A stretch of DNA of 64,000 nucleotides from Planctomycetota bacterium (GCA_022711755.1 JAKLEA010000001.1:336743-400742); one strand, 5' to 3'; counted from the stretch's first letter, positions 1-9,764 are shown. Numbers and translations are program-made. The notes: generated by a model not told the origin, from the sequence alone.

Positions 1-321
1 GAATGCCCACACGCATGGAAGATCGGGAGTAGCCGTCATCGTCGGGTCGGGCGACGCCGGAATAAAATCCGGCGGGAAAACGCCGAAATCGTTCTTGTAG
101 AGACCCATTCCGACGTCAATCTGCTGACACTCCTGCTTGGCGACGGTAATCCGCCCGCTCTTGCGCGCGCCTAGCAATGCCGGCAGCAGCAGGCCGGTCA
201 GCACCGCGATCACGCCAATCACGATGAGCATCTCCGCGAGCGTGAAGCCGTCGCGCCGCTGCGAACGAGGCCGACAAGCGGATTTTCTTCCAGTTCCCAC
301 GGATTTCCTCCGTTCCCGCAT
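1..321 (-). CDS. Prepilin-type pseudopilin/pilin (GspG-like), 5' part only. The gene runs off the window start. The ATG overlaps the gspF stop (TGATG).
   Basis: I translated the reverse complement by hand. It reads MRERRKSVGTGRKSACRPRSQRRDG|FTLAEMLIVIGVIAVLTGLLLPAL..., i.e. a class III signal with the G/FTLxE cleavage-methylation motif and a hydrophobic helix. It is absent from the ORF track because there is no stop inside the window. Confidence 0.6.
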   Translation of the reverse strand, partial: MRERRKSVGTGRKSACRPRSQRRDGFTLAEMLIVIGVIAVLTGLLLPALLGARKSGRITVAKQECQQIDVGMGLYKNDFGVFPPDFIPASPDPTMTATPDLPCVWAF

Positions 322-1556
322 CAACCGCCGCCCAGCGAACCCATCAGTTTGATCAGCGGCATGAACAGCGAAATGACGATGAAACCGCCGATGCCGCCCA
401 GCATGACGATCATCATCGGCTCGATCAGGCTCACCAGACCTTCGACTGCCACGTCCACTTCTTCATCGAAGACGTCTGCGACCTTCAGCAGCATCTTGTC
501 CAGTTCGCCCGTTTCCTCGCCGACCGATACCATGTTGCAAACCATATCATCGGTGACTTTTGCGGCCTTAAGCGGGTCGGCGATTGTCTCGCCCTCGCGG
601 ATGCTGTCATGAATGTTCTGAATTGCTCTGGCAAGAACGGCGTTTCCTGCCGTATCTCTAACGATGCCAAGCGCTTCCAGAATCGGCACACCGGACGCGA
701 TCAGCGTTCCCAGCGTGCGCGCGAAGCGCGAGATTGAGGCTTTATTGACGATGTTGCCGAACAGGGGAATCTTGAATTTAATCCAGTCAAGCACATAACG
801 TCCAGCGCTGGACATGCCGATTACCTTGAAGGCTATGAAGAACGCGAACGGCACAACTGGAATCATATACCAGCGCGTCTTGAATAATTCTCCCGCGTAC
901 ATCAATGCCTGTGTCATTCCGGGCAACTCGACGTTCATCTCCTGGAACATTTTTGAGAATTTTGGGATGATGAACACCATGATGCCTGACACGATCAGCA
1001 AGGCAATGGTCAGCACCGCGATCGGATAAATCATGGCGCCCTTGACGCGCCTTTTCAGTCGGGCGGACTTTTCTCGGAATTCAGCCAGACGTTGAAGAAT
1101 CACGTCCAGCACACCGCCCGCCTCTCCCGCGCGTATCATGTTAACATACAATTTATCGAACACCTTCGGATACTTGCCCATCGCTTCGGACAAACTGTTC
1201 CCGCTTTCAACGTCATCTGCCACATCCTGAAGCACGTTCTTGAGCACGCCTGGCTTCATCTGCTCATAGAGGACTCTCAGAGAGCGGACAATGGGTAGAC
1301 CGGCGTCCTGGAGCGTGGACAGTTGGCGAGTGAATGTGGTCAACTGCGCCTGACTCACACCGCCGAATGTGAACCCACGCTTTTTCTTCCCACCGGGTCC
1401 GGTTGCCGCCTTCTTGCCGGCTTTTTCTTTAACCTTTGTCGGAAACAGGTTCATCGCCCTTATCTTGGCGATGGCCTCATCAGTATTCCGGGCTTCGATC
1501 TCATCCCGGACAGCCTTACCTTGACCATTCATTGCTTCATACTGGAAAACGGGCAT
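321..1556 (-). CDS. Type II secretion / type IV pilus inner-membrane platform protein (GspF/PilC family)
   Basis: ORF 321..1613. The two T2SSF-type repeats are recognisable. The likely start is the internal MPVFQYEAMNGQG, which has AGGAG 8 nt upstream. Confidence 0.85.
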   Translation of the reverse strand: MPVFQYEAMNGQGKAVRDEIEARNTDEAIAKIRAMNLFPTKVKEKAGKKAATGPGGKKKRGFTFGGVSQAQLTTFTRQLSTLQDAGLPIVRSLRVLYEQMKPGVLKNVLQDVADDVESGNSLSEAMGKYPKVFDKLYVNMIRAGEAGGVLDVILQRLAEFREKSARLKRRVKGAMIYPIAVLTIALLIVSGIMVFIIPKFSKMFQEMNVELPGMTQALMYAGELFKTRWYMIPVVPFAFFIAFKVIGMSSAGRYVLDWIKFKIPLFGNIVNKASISRFARTLGTLIASGVPILEALGIVRDTAGNAVLARAIQNIHDSIREGETIADPLKAAKVTDDMVCNMVSVGEETGELDKMLLKVADVFDEEVDVAVEGLVSLIEPMMIVMLGGIGGFIVISLFMPLIKLMGSLGGG

Positions 1557-1785
1557 GGCAGGTACTCCTTGTCTATCACCGCATTGAAGCGGTAGACAGA
1601 TTGATCCTGACAAATGAAATCAGATTTGGAAGTTTGAAGGGGAGCAAGCAATAAAATGACGCGCCACATGCACGAACAATGCCATGCCAACCAATTATGT
1701 TGGCCGTGAGTCGCGAATGAATCATGGATATTTCATTTTTATGCGCGACACTTGGCATTCTAGACATTTCTTTGCCCTCAAATAA

Positions 1786-1815
1786 CCGGCCAAAATGTAA
1801 AGGCCGGCTTTTATT
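1786..1815 (-). terminator. GC hairpin (CCGGCC, 10-nt loop, GGCCGG) flanked by an A-tract and a T-tract. It is a candidate attenuator or bidirectional terminator within the gspF 5' leader.
   Basis: The inverted repeat is at 1786-1808. It is followed by TTTTATT on the plus strand and by TTATTTG on the minus strand. Confidence 0.35.
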
Positions 1816-1897
1816 GCTCTATCTGCAACCGGCGAACGCGCTTGCGCGCACTCAAGCCGGACTATTATATTCTGTCTCTCCTGCCCCTCTCTATCGT

Positions 1898-1925
1898 ATT
1901 ATACATTGTGGCAAGGAACAGTCAA
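1898..1925 (-). promoter_or_regulatory. Near-consensus sigma70-type promoter on the minus strand: TTGACT, 16 nt spacer, TATAAT
   Basis: The reverse complement of 1898-1925 reads TTGACTgttccttgccacaatgTATAAT. It lies in the 370-bp AT-rich gap between gspE and gspF. Confidence 0.4.
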
Positions 1926-1981
1926 GGGGCTGTTTTTCTGCCGTCTGTTTTTTATGCCGTCCGGCTGAATGGAACTGTCTT

Positions 1982-3712
1982 CTATTCTTCAACAAGGGTT
2001 TCGCGCGCCACTTCTTCGATTGTTGTCATACCGTCATAGATCGCCAGCAGTCCAGACTCGCGGAGGCTGCGCGTTCCGTATTTCCTTGAACATTCACGCA
2101 ATTCCTGAGTCGAAGCGTTAGTCAAGATGAGTTGCCGCATTTCATCGTTGAGCATTAGCATCTCAAATATCGCCATTCGCCCGCGATAGCCTGTGTTATT
2201 GCACTGGTCACAACCTCGCCCGAAAAAGAACTTCTTGCCTCGGACCTCTTCCGGGACAAGGCCAAGTTCCATGAGCAATTCTGTCGTAGGTTCAAATTCT
2301 TCCTTGCAGTTATTACAAATGCGCCTTACGAGACGTTGGCCGACAATGCCTTCTACGGTGGCACAGAGAAGGTACGGCTCCAGCCCCAGGTCCAGTAAAC
2401 GCGTCACTGCCGATGGCGTGTCATTCGTGTGCAGCGTTGTAAAAACCAAGTGCCCTGTCAGCGAGGCCTGGATGGCGATCTGGCCAGTCTCAACGTCACG
2501 GACTTCGCCGACAAGGATGATGTCCGGGTCCTGCCGCAGGATAGCGCGAAGGCAGCGCGCAAAAGTTACGCCTATATCCGAATTAATTTGCACCTGCATT
2601 ATGCCTTCCAAGTCATATTCCACAGGGTCCTCAGTGGTTATGATCTTTACATTAATGGCGTTCAATGCGTTCAGGCAGCCGTATAGAGTCGTCGTTTTTC
2701 CGGAGCCGGTAGGTCCGGTTACGAGGACAATCCCGTTTGGCTTTGCCATCAGAGTGCGCATATTTTCCAGTTCATCGGGCCGGAATCCGAGCTTTTCGAT
2801 GTCAAGCGCAACAACGCTGCGGTCAAGAACGCGCAACACGACGCTTTCGCCGAACATGGTCGGCAGGCATGATACACGCAGGTCAACTGGATTTCCTGAG
2901 ACATTCAGCTCGACACGACCGTCCTGTGGGCGGCGCCGCTCGGCGATATCCAGGCGCGACATGACCTTGATACGCGAGGTAAGCGCAAGCGCCAGATGCT
3001 TGGGAGGGGGAACCATTTCATACAGAACGCCGTCAACACGATATCTGATCTTAAATTCATCCTCGAACGGCTCAAAGTGAATGTCGCTGGCCTTATCCTT
3101 GATTGCCTGCAAAAGGATAAGGTTGAGGAGTTTTCTGACCGGGGCGATGTTGGCCATTTCCTCAAGACTGGCAATATCCACTGATTCCGACTGACTGGCG
3201 GAGAACTGGATGCCTTCATACTCCTTGTCAAGCTCGTCAATCAGGCCCTGAACGCTTTCAGTCGAATCCCGGTAGTATTTGTGTAATGCCCTGTTGACTG
3301 CATCTTCATTGCTGACGGAGCCTGTCACCTCGCAATCCAGCAGAAAGCGCAGATCGTCCAGCGTTTTCAAATGCATTGGATTGGCGAGGGCAACAGTAAG
3401 ATTCCCTTCGTGATAGGAAACCGGAATGACGCGATAAACTTGAGCAACGCTTGCGCTCACGCGATCAATAACCTCTGGTGGAATCTCAGTTTTGTCAAGG
3501 TCCACTACTTCCATGCCGGCCTGAACCGCAAGGGCCATGGTCACTTCTTCGTTGGTGACGTAGTTTAATTTCACCAGGATGGAACCGATGGCTCCTCCCC
3601 TCTCCTTCTGAATGGCCAGGGCTTCCTGAATCTGACTCTCGGTGACAAGGTGCATCTCCTTCAGTATCCTACCGAGGAGTTTCTTCGGTTGCTGTTCATC
3701 CATCTCCGGCAT
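1982..3712 (-). CDS. Type II/IV secretion ATPase, GspE/PilB family
   Basis: It has the Walker A motif GPTGSGKTTT, an N-terminal GspII_E_N-like domain, and a C-terminal Cys4 motif (CNNC...CDQC). GAGGAG lies 8 nt upstream of the ATG. Confidence 0.9.
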   Translation of the reverse strand: MPEMDEQQPKKLLGRILKEMHLVTESQIQEALAIQKERGGAIGSILVKLNYVTNEEVTMALAVQAGMEVVDLDKTEIPPEVIDRVSASVAQVYRVIPVSYHEGNLTVALANPMHLKTLDDLRFLLDCEVTGSVSNEDAVNRALHKYYRDSTESVQGLIDELDKEYEGIQFSASQSESVDIASLEEMANIAPVRKLLNLILLQAIKDKASDIHFEPFEDEFKIRYRVDGVLYEMVPPPKHLALALTSRIKVMSRLDIAERRRPQDGRVELNVSGNPVDLRVSCLPTMFGESVVLRVLDRSVVALDIEKLGFRPDELENMRTLMAKPNGIVLVTGPTGSGKTTTLYGCLNALNAINVKIITTEDPVEYDLEGIMQVQINSDIGVTFARCLRAILRQDPDIILVGEVRDVETGQIAIQASLTGHLVFTTLHTNDTPSAVTRLLDLGLEPYLLCATVEGIVGQRLVRRICNNCKEEFEPTTELLMELGLVPEEVRGKKFFFGRGCDQCNNTGYRGRMAIFEMLMLNDEMRQLILTNASTQELRECSRKYGTRSLRESGLLAIYDGMTTIEEVARETLVEE

Positions 3713-3743
3713 TTGGAGTCTCCTCGACTCAATCGCGTGGTTG

Positions 3744-5495
3744 TTATTCCTGATCCATTGCGCCCGCGATGCTGATCACTTCATCAATCGTGGTGACGCC
3801 TTGCAGCGCTTTGCGAACCCCGTCTTCTGTCAGCGTAAGCATGCCATGTGCGCGTGCGCGCGCGCGAAGCTCATGCGTCGGAGCTTTCTTGAAGGCAAGC
3901 TCGCGCAGTTCGGGGTTCATTTCCAGCATTTCTGAAATGGCGCAACGTCCTCTGTATCCCGTATCGTGACAGTAAGAACAACCTGTTCCTTTGAAGAGGG
4001 TTATGTCTCGCAGGTCATCCGGCCGAAGTCCCACAGCCATCAGCATTTTTGCGGGATATTCGTAAGGCTGCTTGCAGTTATCGCAAATCTTACGTACCAG
4101 GCGCTGCGCCATGATGGCCTGAATCGCGCTGGCCACAAGGAAAGGTTTCACGCCTATGTCTATCAGGCGTGCAATTGCGCTCGGAGCGTCATTCGTGTGC
4201 AGCGTGCTGAAAACAAGGTGTCCTGTAAGCGCCGCTGTTATTGCGATTTCCGCTGTTTCCTGGTCACGGATTTCTCCCACCAGGATGATGTTGGGGGCCT
4301 GGCGCAGCATGGCGCGCAGGATGGCGCCGAAAGTCCTTTGAATGTCTTCGCGAACCTCGCACTGGTTGATTCCGCTCAGGTTATACTCAACCGGGTCTTC
4401 GGCGGTGATGATCTTGCGGTCGGGACGGTTAAGTTCATTCAAGGCGGCATACAACGTGGTCGTCTTACCGGAACCGGTAGGCCCCGTCACAAGGAAAATT
4501 CCGTTGGGACGACGGATTATGCTCTGAAACCTTTGATAATCCGTTTCGTGGAATCCGAGGTCGGACAGATTCAAAAGAATGGACTCCTTCAACAGCAGGC
4601 GCATGACGACCGTTTCACCGTTGGTGGCAGGCATCACGCTGACGCGAAGGTCCAATGCCTTGCCGCCGGCTTTGATAGCGATACGTCCGTCCTGGCACTT
4701 GCGTTTTTCGGCTATATCCATCTTCGACATCAGTTTCACGCGAGCCAGCACGGCATTCTGCAATCTTTTCGGCGGGCTTTCGATCTCCTGGCACTCGCCG
4801 TCAATTCGGTACCTGATTCTGACGCGGTTGGCCATTGGTTCGATGTGGATATCGCTCGCCCTGTTGCGAACCGCCTCGCCGATTAACATCGTCACCAGGC
4901 GGATGATCGGCGCCGAATCGGCTTCGTCACCGGCGCCCGGAGCGCCGACGGTCTTCTTGGATTCTTCGTCCATGCCCTCGGAGACCGTCCCCTCATCAAG
5001 GTTAGAAAATGTTGCTTCGCTGCTGGTGAACTCCTGGAGCATGTTGTCAACCGTTGATTCTTCGCCGCCGTAATATTGTTCGATTGCCTCCTCGATCTGT
5101 TCCGGCGGGGCCAGAACCGGTTGCACGTCCGATTCAAGGATGAAGCGAAGACTGTCAACAGCAAAGAGGTCGAGGTCCGGCATGGCAACGCGTATGACGC
5201 CGTTTTCCTTGCTGATCGGCATGATGCGGTGATTCAGGGCTGTCTGCTTGGGCACGGAGTCAATGGCTTCTACGCTGATTTCAACTTCGCCAAGGTCAAC
5301 GACAGGGATATCGAACTGTTCTCCCACGCACTGGAGGACATCCATCTCCCTCGCAAAGCCTAGTTTTACAAGAGCTTCACCCAGTTTGATCTTTTCGGCA
5401 GACTTCTGCTGGAATTCCAGGCCTCTCTTGAGCTGATCCTTGGTTATTGTGCCGCGATCCACCAACATCTGCCCTATCAACTTCCGTTTTGACAT
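3744..5495 (-). CDS. Type II/IV secretion ATPase, GspE/PilB family (tandem paralogue)
   Basis: It has the Walker A motif VTGPTGSGKTTT and a Cys4 motif (CDNC...CSYC). The ORF extends to 5516; the likely start is MSKRKLIG, which has GGGAG upstream. Confidence 0.85.
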   Translation of the reverse strand: MSKRKLIGQMLVDRGTITKDQLKRGLEFQQKSAEKIKLGEALVKLGFAREMDVLQCVGEQFDIPVVDLGEVEISVEAIDSVPKQTALNHRIMPISKENGVIRVAMPDLDLFAVDSLRFILESDVQPVLAPPEQIEEAIEQYYGGEESTVDNMLQEFTSSEATFSNLDEGTVSEGMDEESKKTVGAPGAGDEADSAPIIRLVTMLIGEAVRNRASDIHIEPMANRVRIRYRIDGECQEIESPPKRLQNAVLARVKLMSKMDIAEKRKCQDGRIAIKAGGKALDLRVSVMPATNGETVVMRLLLKESILLNLSDLGFHETDYQRFQSIIRRPNGIFLVTGPTGSGKTTTLYAALNELNRPDRKIITAEDPVEYNLSGINQCEVREDIQRTFGAILRAMLRQAPNIILVGEIRDQETAEIAITAALTGHLVFSTLHTNDAPSAIARLIDIGVKPFLVASAIQAIMAQRLVRKICDNCKQPYEYPAKMLMAVGLRPDDLRDITLFKGTGCSYCHDTGYRGRCAISEMLEMNPELRELAFKKAPTHELRARARAHGMLTLTEDGVRKALQGVTTIDEVISIAGAMDQE

Positions 5496-5553
5496 GAACA
5501 TTACTCCCGGACGCAAACAACACGAATGACTGGTTACGTCCGAATGTTATTCG

Positions 5554-8121
5554 TTATGGCTTACGTGGTTCCTTGCCGGCGTCCTTTGCGCAACGGAAAC
5601 CGGTGCTTTTCTCCACCTGGTGAATGCTGGCTGTGCGCCGCGTAGTAGTCGCAATTCCCTTGATCGGTCCTCCACGCAGCATGGCCGTTGTTGATGAGGA
5701 GGAATACCGTCCTGAGCACCATTCCCAGACATTACCCAGCATATCCATTGCGCCAACTGGGCTTACACCTTGAAGGTATTTGTTGACCGGGGTCGTATGT
5801 CCGGCAATCAAGTTACATTTCTTGATGTCGAAGTCCTCGCCCCAGGGAAATTTTCGTCCGTCCGTTCCGCGGGATGCCCGCTCCCACTCCGCCTCGGAAG
5901 GCAGTCTTTTGCCCATCCATTCGGCATAAGCCTGGGCATCGGTGTAACTGACGTTTGTAACCGGATGCCGCTCCATGTCGGCGGGGAATTGTCCGTTTTG
6001 CCAGTGCGGCGGGGGGCGATGCCCGGTTGAGATTACGAAAGCGGCATAATCTCCATTCGTCACGGGGTATTTATCAATGAAGAAAGCCGGGAGATTGATT
6101 TTCTCTCCCCTGCGAAGTAACCCGCGTTTCTCGTCACCATATATGAACTCACCTTCGGGCACAAGTATCATGCTTTTGATGCCATGCTTGATGCGCACAA
6201 CCCTAAGCAGCTCCTCAACCTGCGGTTCCTGTCCAAACTTCTGCTTAAGCTCATCAAGTTCCAGCGATGCCGCCGTCAAGTCCCCAATTTTAAGAAGATT
6301 AGCGACTTCGGCCAGTCTGGCCTTCAAATGGCCCGCCCTGGTGACGTCGGCTTTCTTTGATGCTGCTTCAGCTATTTGTTTCAATTCGTCGTTATGTCGG
6401 TCAAGGTCAAGACCTTCCTTTGCGAGTTGCAAAGCCTCATCGTAATGGCCTTTTCCCAGAGCCATTTTCGCGGCCATCAGTTTTGCCGCCGCATCGTCTT
6501 TATTCATACTCTTGACGCGCGCGGTGGCATAAGTAAAAGCCTTGCGCATCTCCTCATTCTGAGGATCAAGTTCAACTGCCTTTTTTGCCGCCGCTGCCAC
6601 AGAACGGTAGTCCTGCTCCGCCCACGCTGCCCTGGCGTCACGGATTGCGAAAGCCAGGTCTCTTTCGCGGATTTTGCCCGGCAGAATCTCAAGAACCTTA
6701 ACAAGATTCACATCGGACGGACGCAGTTCCAGCGCTCTTTTTATGAATACTTCCGCTTCCTCATAATTGTATTCATCAAGGCATTTCTGCGCCTTTGAGC
6801 GGAATTCTTCAAACCACTGGGCAATTTCCTGCGCTTGATTGAGAAGTTTTTTTGCGTCGGCATTATCGGGAACCAGTTCCAATGCGCCCTCAAACTCGCT
6901 GACTGCCGCAGAATAATTATGCTTCTCCATTGCTTCCTTGCCCGCGTTCAACTTTGCAAGCATCTTGATATATGAACGAAGGTCTAAACCGCATCCGCCG
7001 CAGAATTTTGATCGTATATGATTTTCAACGGAGCACTTGGGACATTCTTCAACCAGCCTTGTGCCACAAGACTCGCAATACTTCGCCTCCGGCGGATTGC
7101 GGAAATTACATTTGAGACAGGCCACAGGTCCGGCGCTGTCGGTCTGCTTGTCGCCTAGAAGACCATCAATTGCCTCGATGACTTCCCGCGCATTCTGGTA
7201 GCGGTCATCCGGGCTTAATTCCGTCGCTTTGCCAATGATGTTGCGTACATCATCAGGAACTTTATTGAGGTCCTTGCGGATCGGCGGACTGCCGACAACC
7301 AGTTCATAGAACGTGTTGCCAAGCGCATATATATCCGCCCTGTGGTCAATATTCACGGCGTCAAACTTCTGTTCCGGAGCCATGTAAGCCATTGTGCCGA
7401 CCGTGTACCCGCTCTCCGTAACTTCTTCTTTTGCGCCGACTTGCGCAAAGCCGAAATCAACAATCTTCGGCGTGTCGTCGTCTGTCAGCAGGACATTGGC
7501 CGGTTTCAGATCCCGGTGAATTACACCCTTTTCATGGGCATGAGCGAGTCCTTCGCATACTGCGCGGATAATTTTCACGGAACGCATCAGGGGCATCGCT
7601 CCTTCGCGCTTTACAAGGCTGTGCATATCCTCCCCGTCAACGTACTCCATCGAAATGAAGTAACCGGCATCATCGTGATCCACGTTATAAACGCGTATGA
7701 TATTAGGGTGATTCAGCTTTACTATTGCCCTTGCTTCCACGAGAAAACGCTGAAGACTTTTCTCATCCTTGATCACTCGCTTATGCAGGCGTTTTAATGC
7801 GACCGTGGTGTCGAGAATCTTGTCATAAGCCCTGTAGACATTTGCCATTCCGCCACGGCCAAGCTTGTCAAGGACCGTATAGCGGCCCCCAGCGTCATTG
7901 CTTTTGAACTGATCTGTCCTCACCTCAACCGTTGACGCAGCGCCCTGACTGTCCGTGGTGGAACTTCGCCGTGAATCCTGTTGCTCCAATTTCGTGCCGC
8001 AGTGCGGGCAAAACTGCCCTTGGATATCAAGCGTAGCCGAACAGTTCGGACAAACAAGTTTCGCACCCGAATCGCCGGAGCGAAGCTTCTGATTCTGCGC
8101 TTTTGGTTCGGCTCCACTCAC
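5554..8121 (-). CDS. Ser/Thr protein kinase with an N-terminal zinc ribbon, a second zinc ribbon, TPR repeats and a C-terminal FGE-sulfatase (formylglycine-generating-enzyme-like) domain
   Basis: The kinase catalytic loop HRDLKPANVLL and DFG are present. The zinc ribbons are CPNC...CPHC and CLKC...CESC...CPKC...CGGC. TPR-like helical repeats follow. The C-terminus carries FGE-domain hallmarks (YPVTNGDYAAF, GNVWEWC). The start codon is GTG. Confidence 0.8.
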   Translation of the reverse strand: MSGAEPKAQNQKLRSGDSGAKLVCPNCSATLDIQGQFCPHCGTKLEQQDSRRSSTTDSQGAASTVEVRTDQFKSNDAGGRYTVLDKLGRGGMANVYRAYDKILDTTVALKRLHKRVIKDEKSLQRFLVEARAIVKLNHPNIIRVYNVDHDDAGYFISMEYVDGEDMHSLVKREGAMPLMRSVKIIRAVCEGLAHAHEKGVIHRDLKPANVLLTDDDTPKIVDFGFAQVGAKEEVTESGYTVGTMAYMAPEQKFDAVNIDHRADIYALGNTFYELVVGSPPIRKDLNKVPDDVRNIIGKATELSPDDRYQNAREVIEAIDGLLGDKQTDSAGPVACLKCNFRNPPEAKYCESCGTRLVEECPKCSVENHIRSKFCGGCGLDLRSYIKMLAKLNAGKEAMEKHNYSAAVSEFEGALELVPDNADAKKLLNQAQEIAQWFEEFRSKAQKCLDEYNYEEAEVFIKRALELRPSDVNLVKVLEILPGKIRERDLAFAIRDARAAWAEQDYRSVAAAAKKAVELDPQNEEMRKAFTYATARVKSMNKDDAAAKLMAAKMALGKGHYDEALQLAKEGLDLDRHNDELKQIAEAASKKADVTRAGHLKARLAEVANLLKIGDLTAASLELDELKQKFGQEPQVEELLRVVRIKHGIKSMILVPEGEFIYGDEKRGLLRRGEKINLPAFFIDKYPVTNGDYAAFVISTGHRPPPHWQNGQFPADMERHPVTNVSYTDAQAYAEWMGKRLPSEAEWERASRGTDGRKFPWGEDFDIKKCNLIAGHTTPVNKYLQGVSPVGAMDMLGNVWEWCSGRYSSSSTTAMLRGGPIKGIATTTRRTASIHQVEKSTGFRCAKDAGKEPRKP

Positions 8122-8282
8122 GAATCAACCCATGAATCAATTAAAACAAAATCATCCGGGCACAAAACTCCCTTTTCAGGAAACGCCCGCTCGAAGAAAA
8201 GCATCTACTCTTTCGGACATGTCGGAAGAGTATTGTAATTCTGAACACGGACATGGTCAAGCGAGCGCATGACAGGATTATT

Positions 8283-9764
8283 TCAATCAGTATAGCCTGG
8301 AATGATCTGATGTTTGCGTGACCAGCCGGGATCCTGAATCAGCAGGCATTCATCAGGATCATCGGGCAACCGTGGTTGCTGATACTGTTTCCACGAATCG
8401 CCTTCAATGTGCTCCGTTACATCGCGATCACGGAAGAAACCTATTGCGCGCGACCTCATCTCCTTCAAGGCCTCCGCGCAAAAGACAATGCCTGCGCGGT
8501 TGCGGGTTTCCTCCGGGTCCTGCTCCCGATCAATCAGAAATTCTTTCCGATCTGGAGCGGAGTAGAAATATTTCCATCGCCGGTTCAGCGCCATGTATAC
8601 GCCGTGTTCGCGCCGGTGGAACTGGCTGAATATGGTCCTTCCTGAATGTTCTCCGGCGGCGACACGGGCCAGATCAACGCCGTCAGAGCGTCCCGCATCT
8701 TCAGACATTCCGGCCGCGTTCAAGATGGTCGGAAGGATGTCAACCAAGCTTGTTGGTTCGTCACATGTCGCACTGGCGGGCACTCTTCCCCGGAACCGGG
8801 CGATCATGGGAATCCGCGCAGCTGAATCCAACATGCTGCGTTTGCCGAAACAGTCGTAGTCGCCCAGCATTTCGCCGTGGTCGGAAGTGAACAGAATGAG
8901 GGTGTTTTCCGCCATCCCGCGCTGTTCCAGAACGTCAAGCATCCTGCCGACCTGATAATCAATGAAAGATATGCAGGCATAGTAGTACGCCTTGATGCAG
9001 CGCAAGAGATTGTTGTCAATGCCGTTGTCGCGATACTTGTACCTGTTCTGGAACTTGTTGATGTAGGTATGAAGCGATTCAGGCTGATGGGGGCGCTTAG
9101 GCAACGGCATCAATGGAGCGCGGTAGAGCTTGTTCCAGGGCGTGGGGGGCGAAAACGGAGGGTGGGGGTGGATGAAACTGGAAAAGAGAAAGAACGGTTG
9201 AGACAAGCTCGCATTCTTCAGGAATTCGATGCTCCGGTCCCCCACCCAATTTGTCGCGTGAAGACGGGCTGGAAGTTGCGATGGCTGGGGAATGTAATAC
9301 ATCTCACCACGAGGTCCCATCGGATCATAGACGTGTCCGAACCCGTTATCCCGCAGAAAGCAGAGATAGACGTCATCTTCAACGCGCCCGCCGAGTTCCT
9401 CCTGACGCTCGCGGGTCTGGAATCCGCGCAGCGCATTAGTGTCTCGCGTAAAATGCATCTTGCCAATTCCGTGGGTCCGATACCCGGCATCGGTGAGGCT
9501 CTGCATGAAAGTGGGGCGGTCGTCCGGCATCGCGTCACAGTTATCGGCGCAGCCGGTGTTGGCCGGATACTGCCCGAAAATGAGCGAACACCTTGCGGAT
9601 ACGCAGACGGGCGACGGCGTGTAGGCGCTTTTGAAGAGCGTTCCGCCAGCGGCAAGGCGGTCGAGGTTGGGTGTGCGCATCACGGGATTGCCGGCGGCGC
9701 GGATAGTGTCCCATCGCTGCTGATCCGTGAAAATGAGGAGTATGTTGGGGCGCGTTTCCGCCAT
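8283..9764 (-). CDS. Sulfatase (arylsulfatase family)
   Basis: The N-terminus reads PNILLIFTDQQRWDT, and the active-site region reads SPVCVSARCSLIFGQYP. Its C-x-S-x-R is an atypical variant of the C-x-P-x-R motif. Confidence 0.8.
   Translation of the reverse strand: MAETRPNILLIFTDQQRWDTIRAAGNPVMRTPNLDRLAAGGTLFKSAYTPSPVCVSARCSLIFGQYPANTGCADNCDAMPDDRPTFMQSLTDAGYRTHGIGKMHFTRDTNALRGFQTRERQEELGGRVEDDVYLCFLRDNGFGHVYDPMGPRGEMYYIPQPSQLPARLHATNWVGDRSIEFLKNASLSQPFFLFSSFIHPHPPFSPPTPWNKLYRAPLMPLPKRPHQPESLHTYINKFQNRYKYRDNGIDNNLLRCIKAYYYACISFIDYQVGRMLDVLEQRGMAENTLILFTSDHGEMLGDYDCFGKRSMLDSAARIPMIARFRGRVPASATCDEPTSLVDILPTILNAAGMSEDAGRSDGVDLARVAAGEHSGRTIFSQFHRREHGVYMALNRRWKYFYSAPDRKEFLIDREQDPEETRNRAGIVFCAEALKEMRSRAIGFFRDRDVTEHIEGDSWKQYQQPRLPDDPDECLLIQDPGWSRKHQIIPGYTD

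Noticed and set aside
1557-1900. c-di-GMP (GEMM) riboswitch in the gspF leader
   Set aside because: Only vague resemblance (GGCAAAG, GCGCAAGCGCG). I cannot align the conserved tetraloop and receptor elements by eye. It is kept only as something to test under the promoter/leader finding.
2193-4886. Long plus-strand ORFs (2193..3080, 3966..4886) lying antisense inside the two gspE genes
   Set aside because: The minus-strand frames carry complete Walker A/B boxes and GspE family motifs. The antisense translations are low-complexity Arg/Ser/Pro-rich, which is typical of high-GC shadow ORFs.
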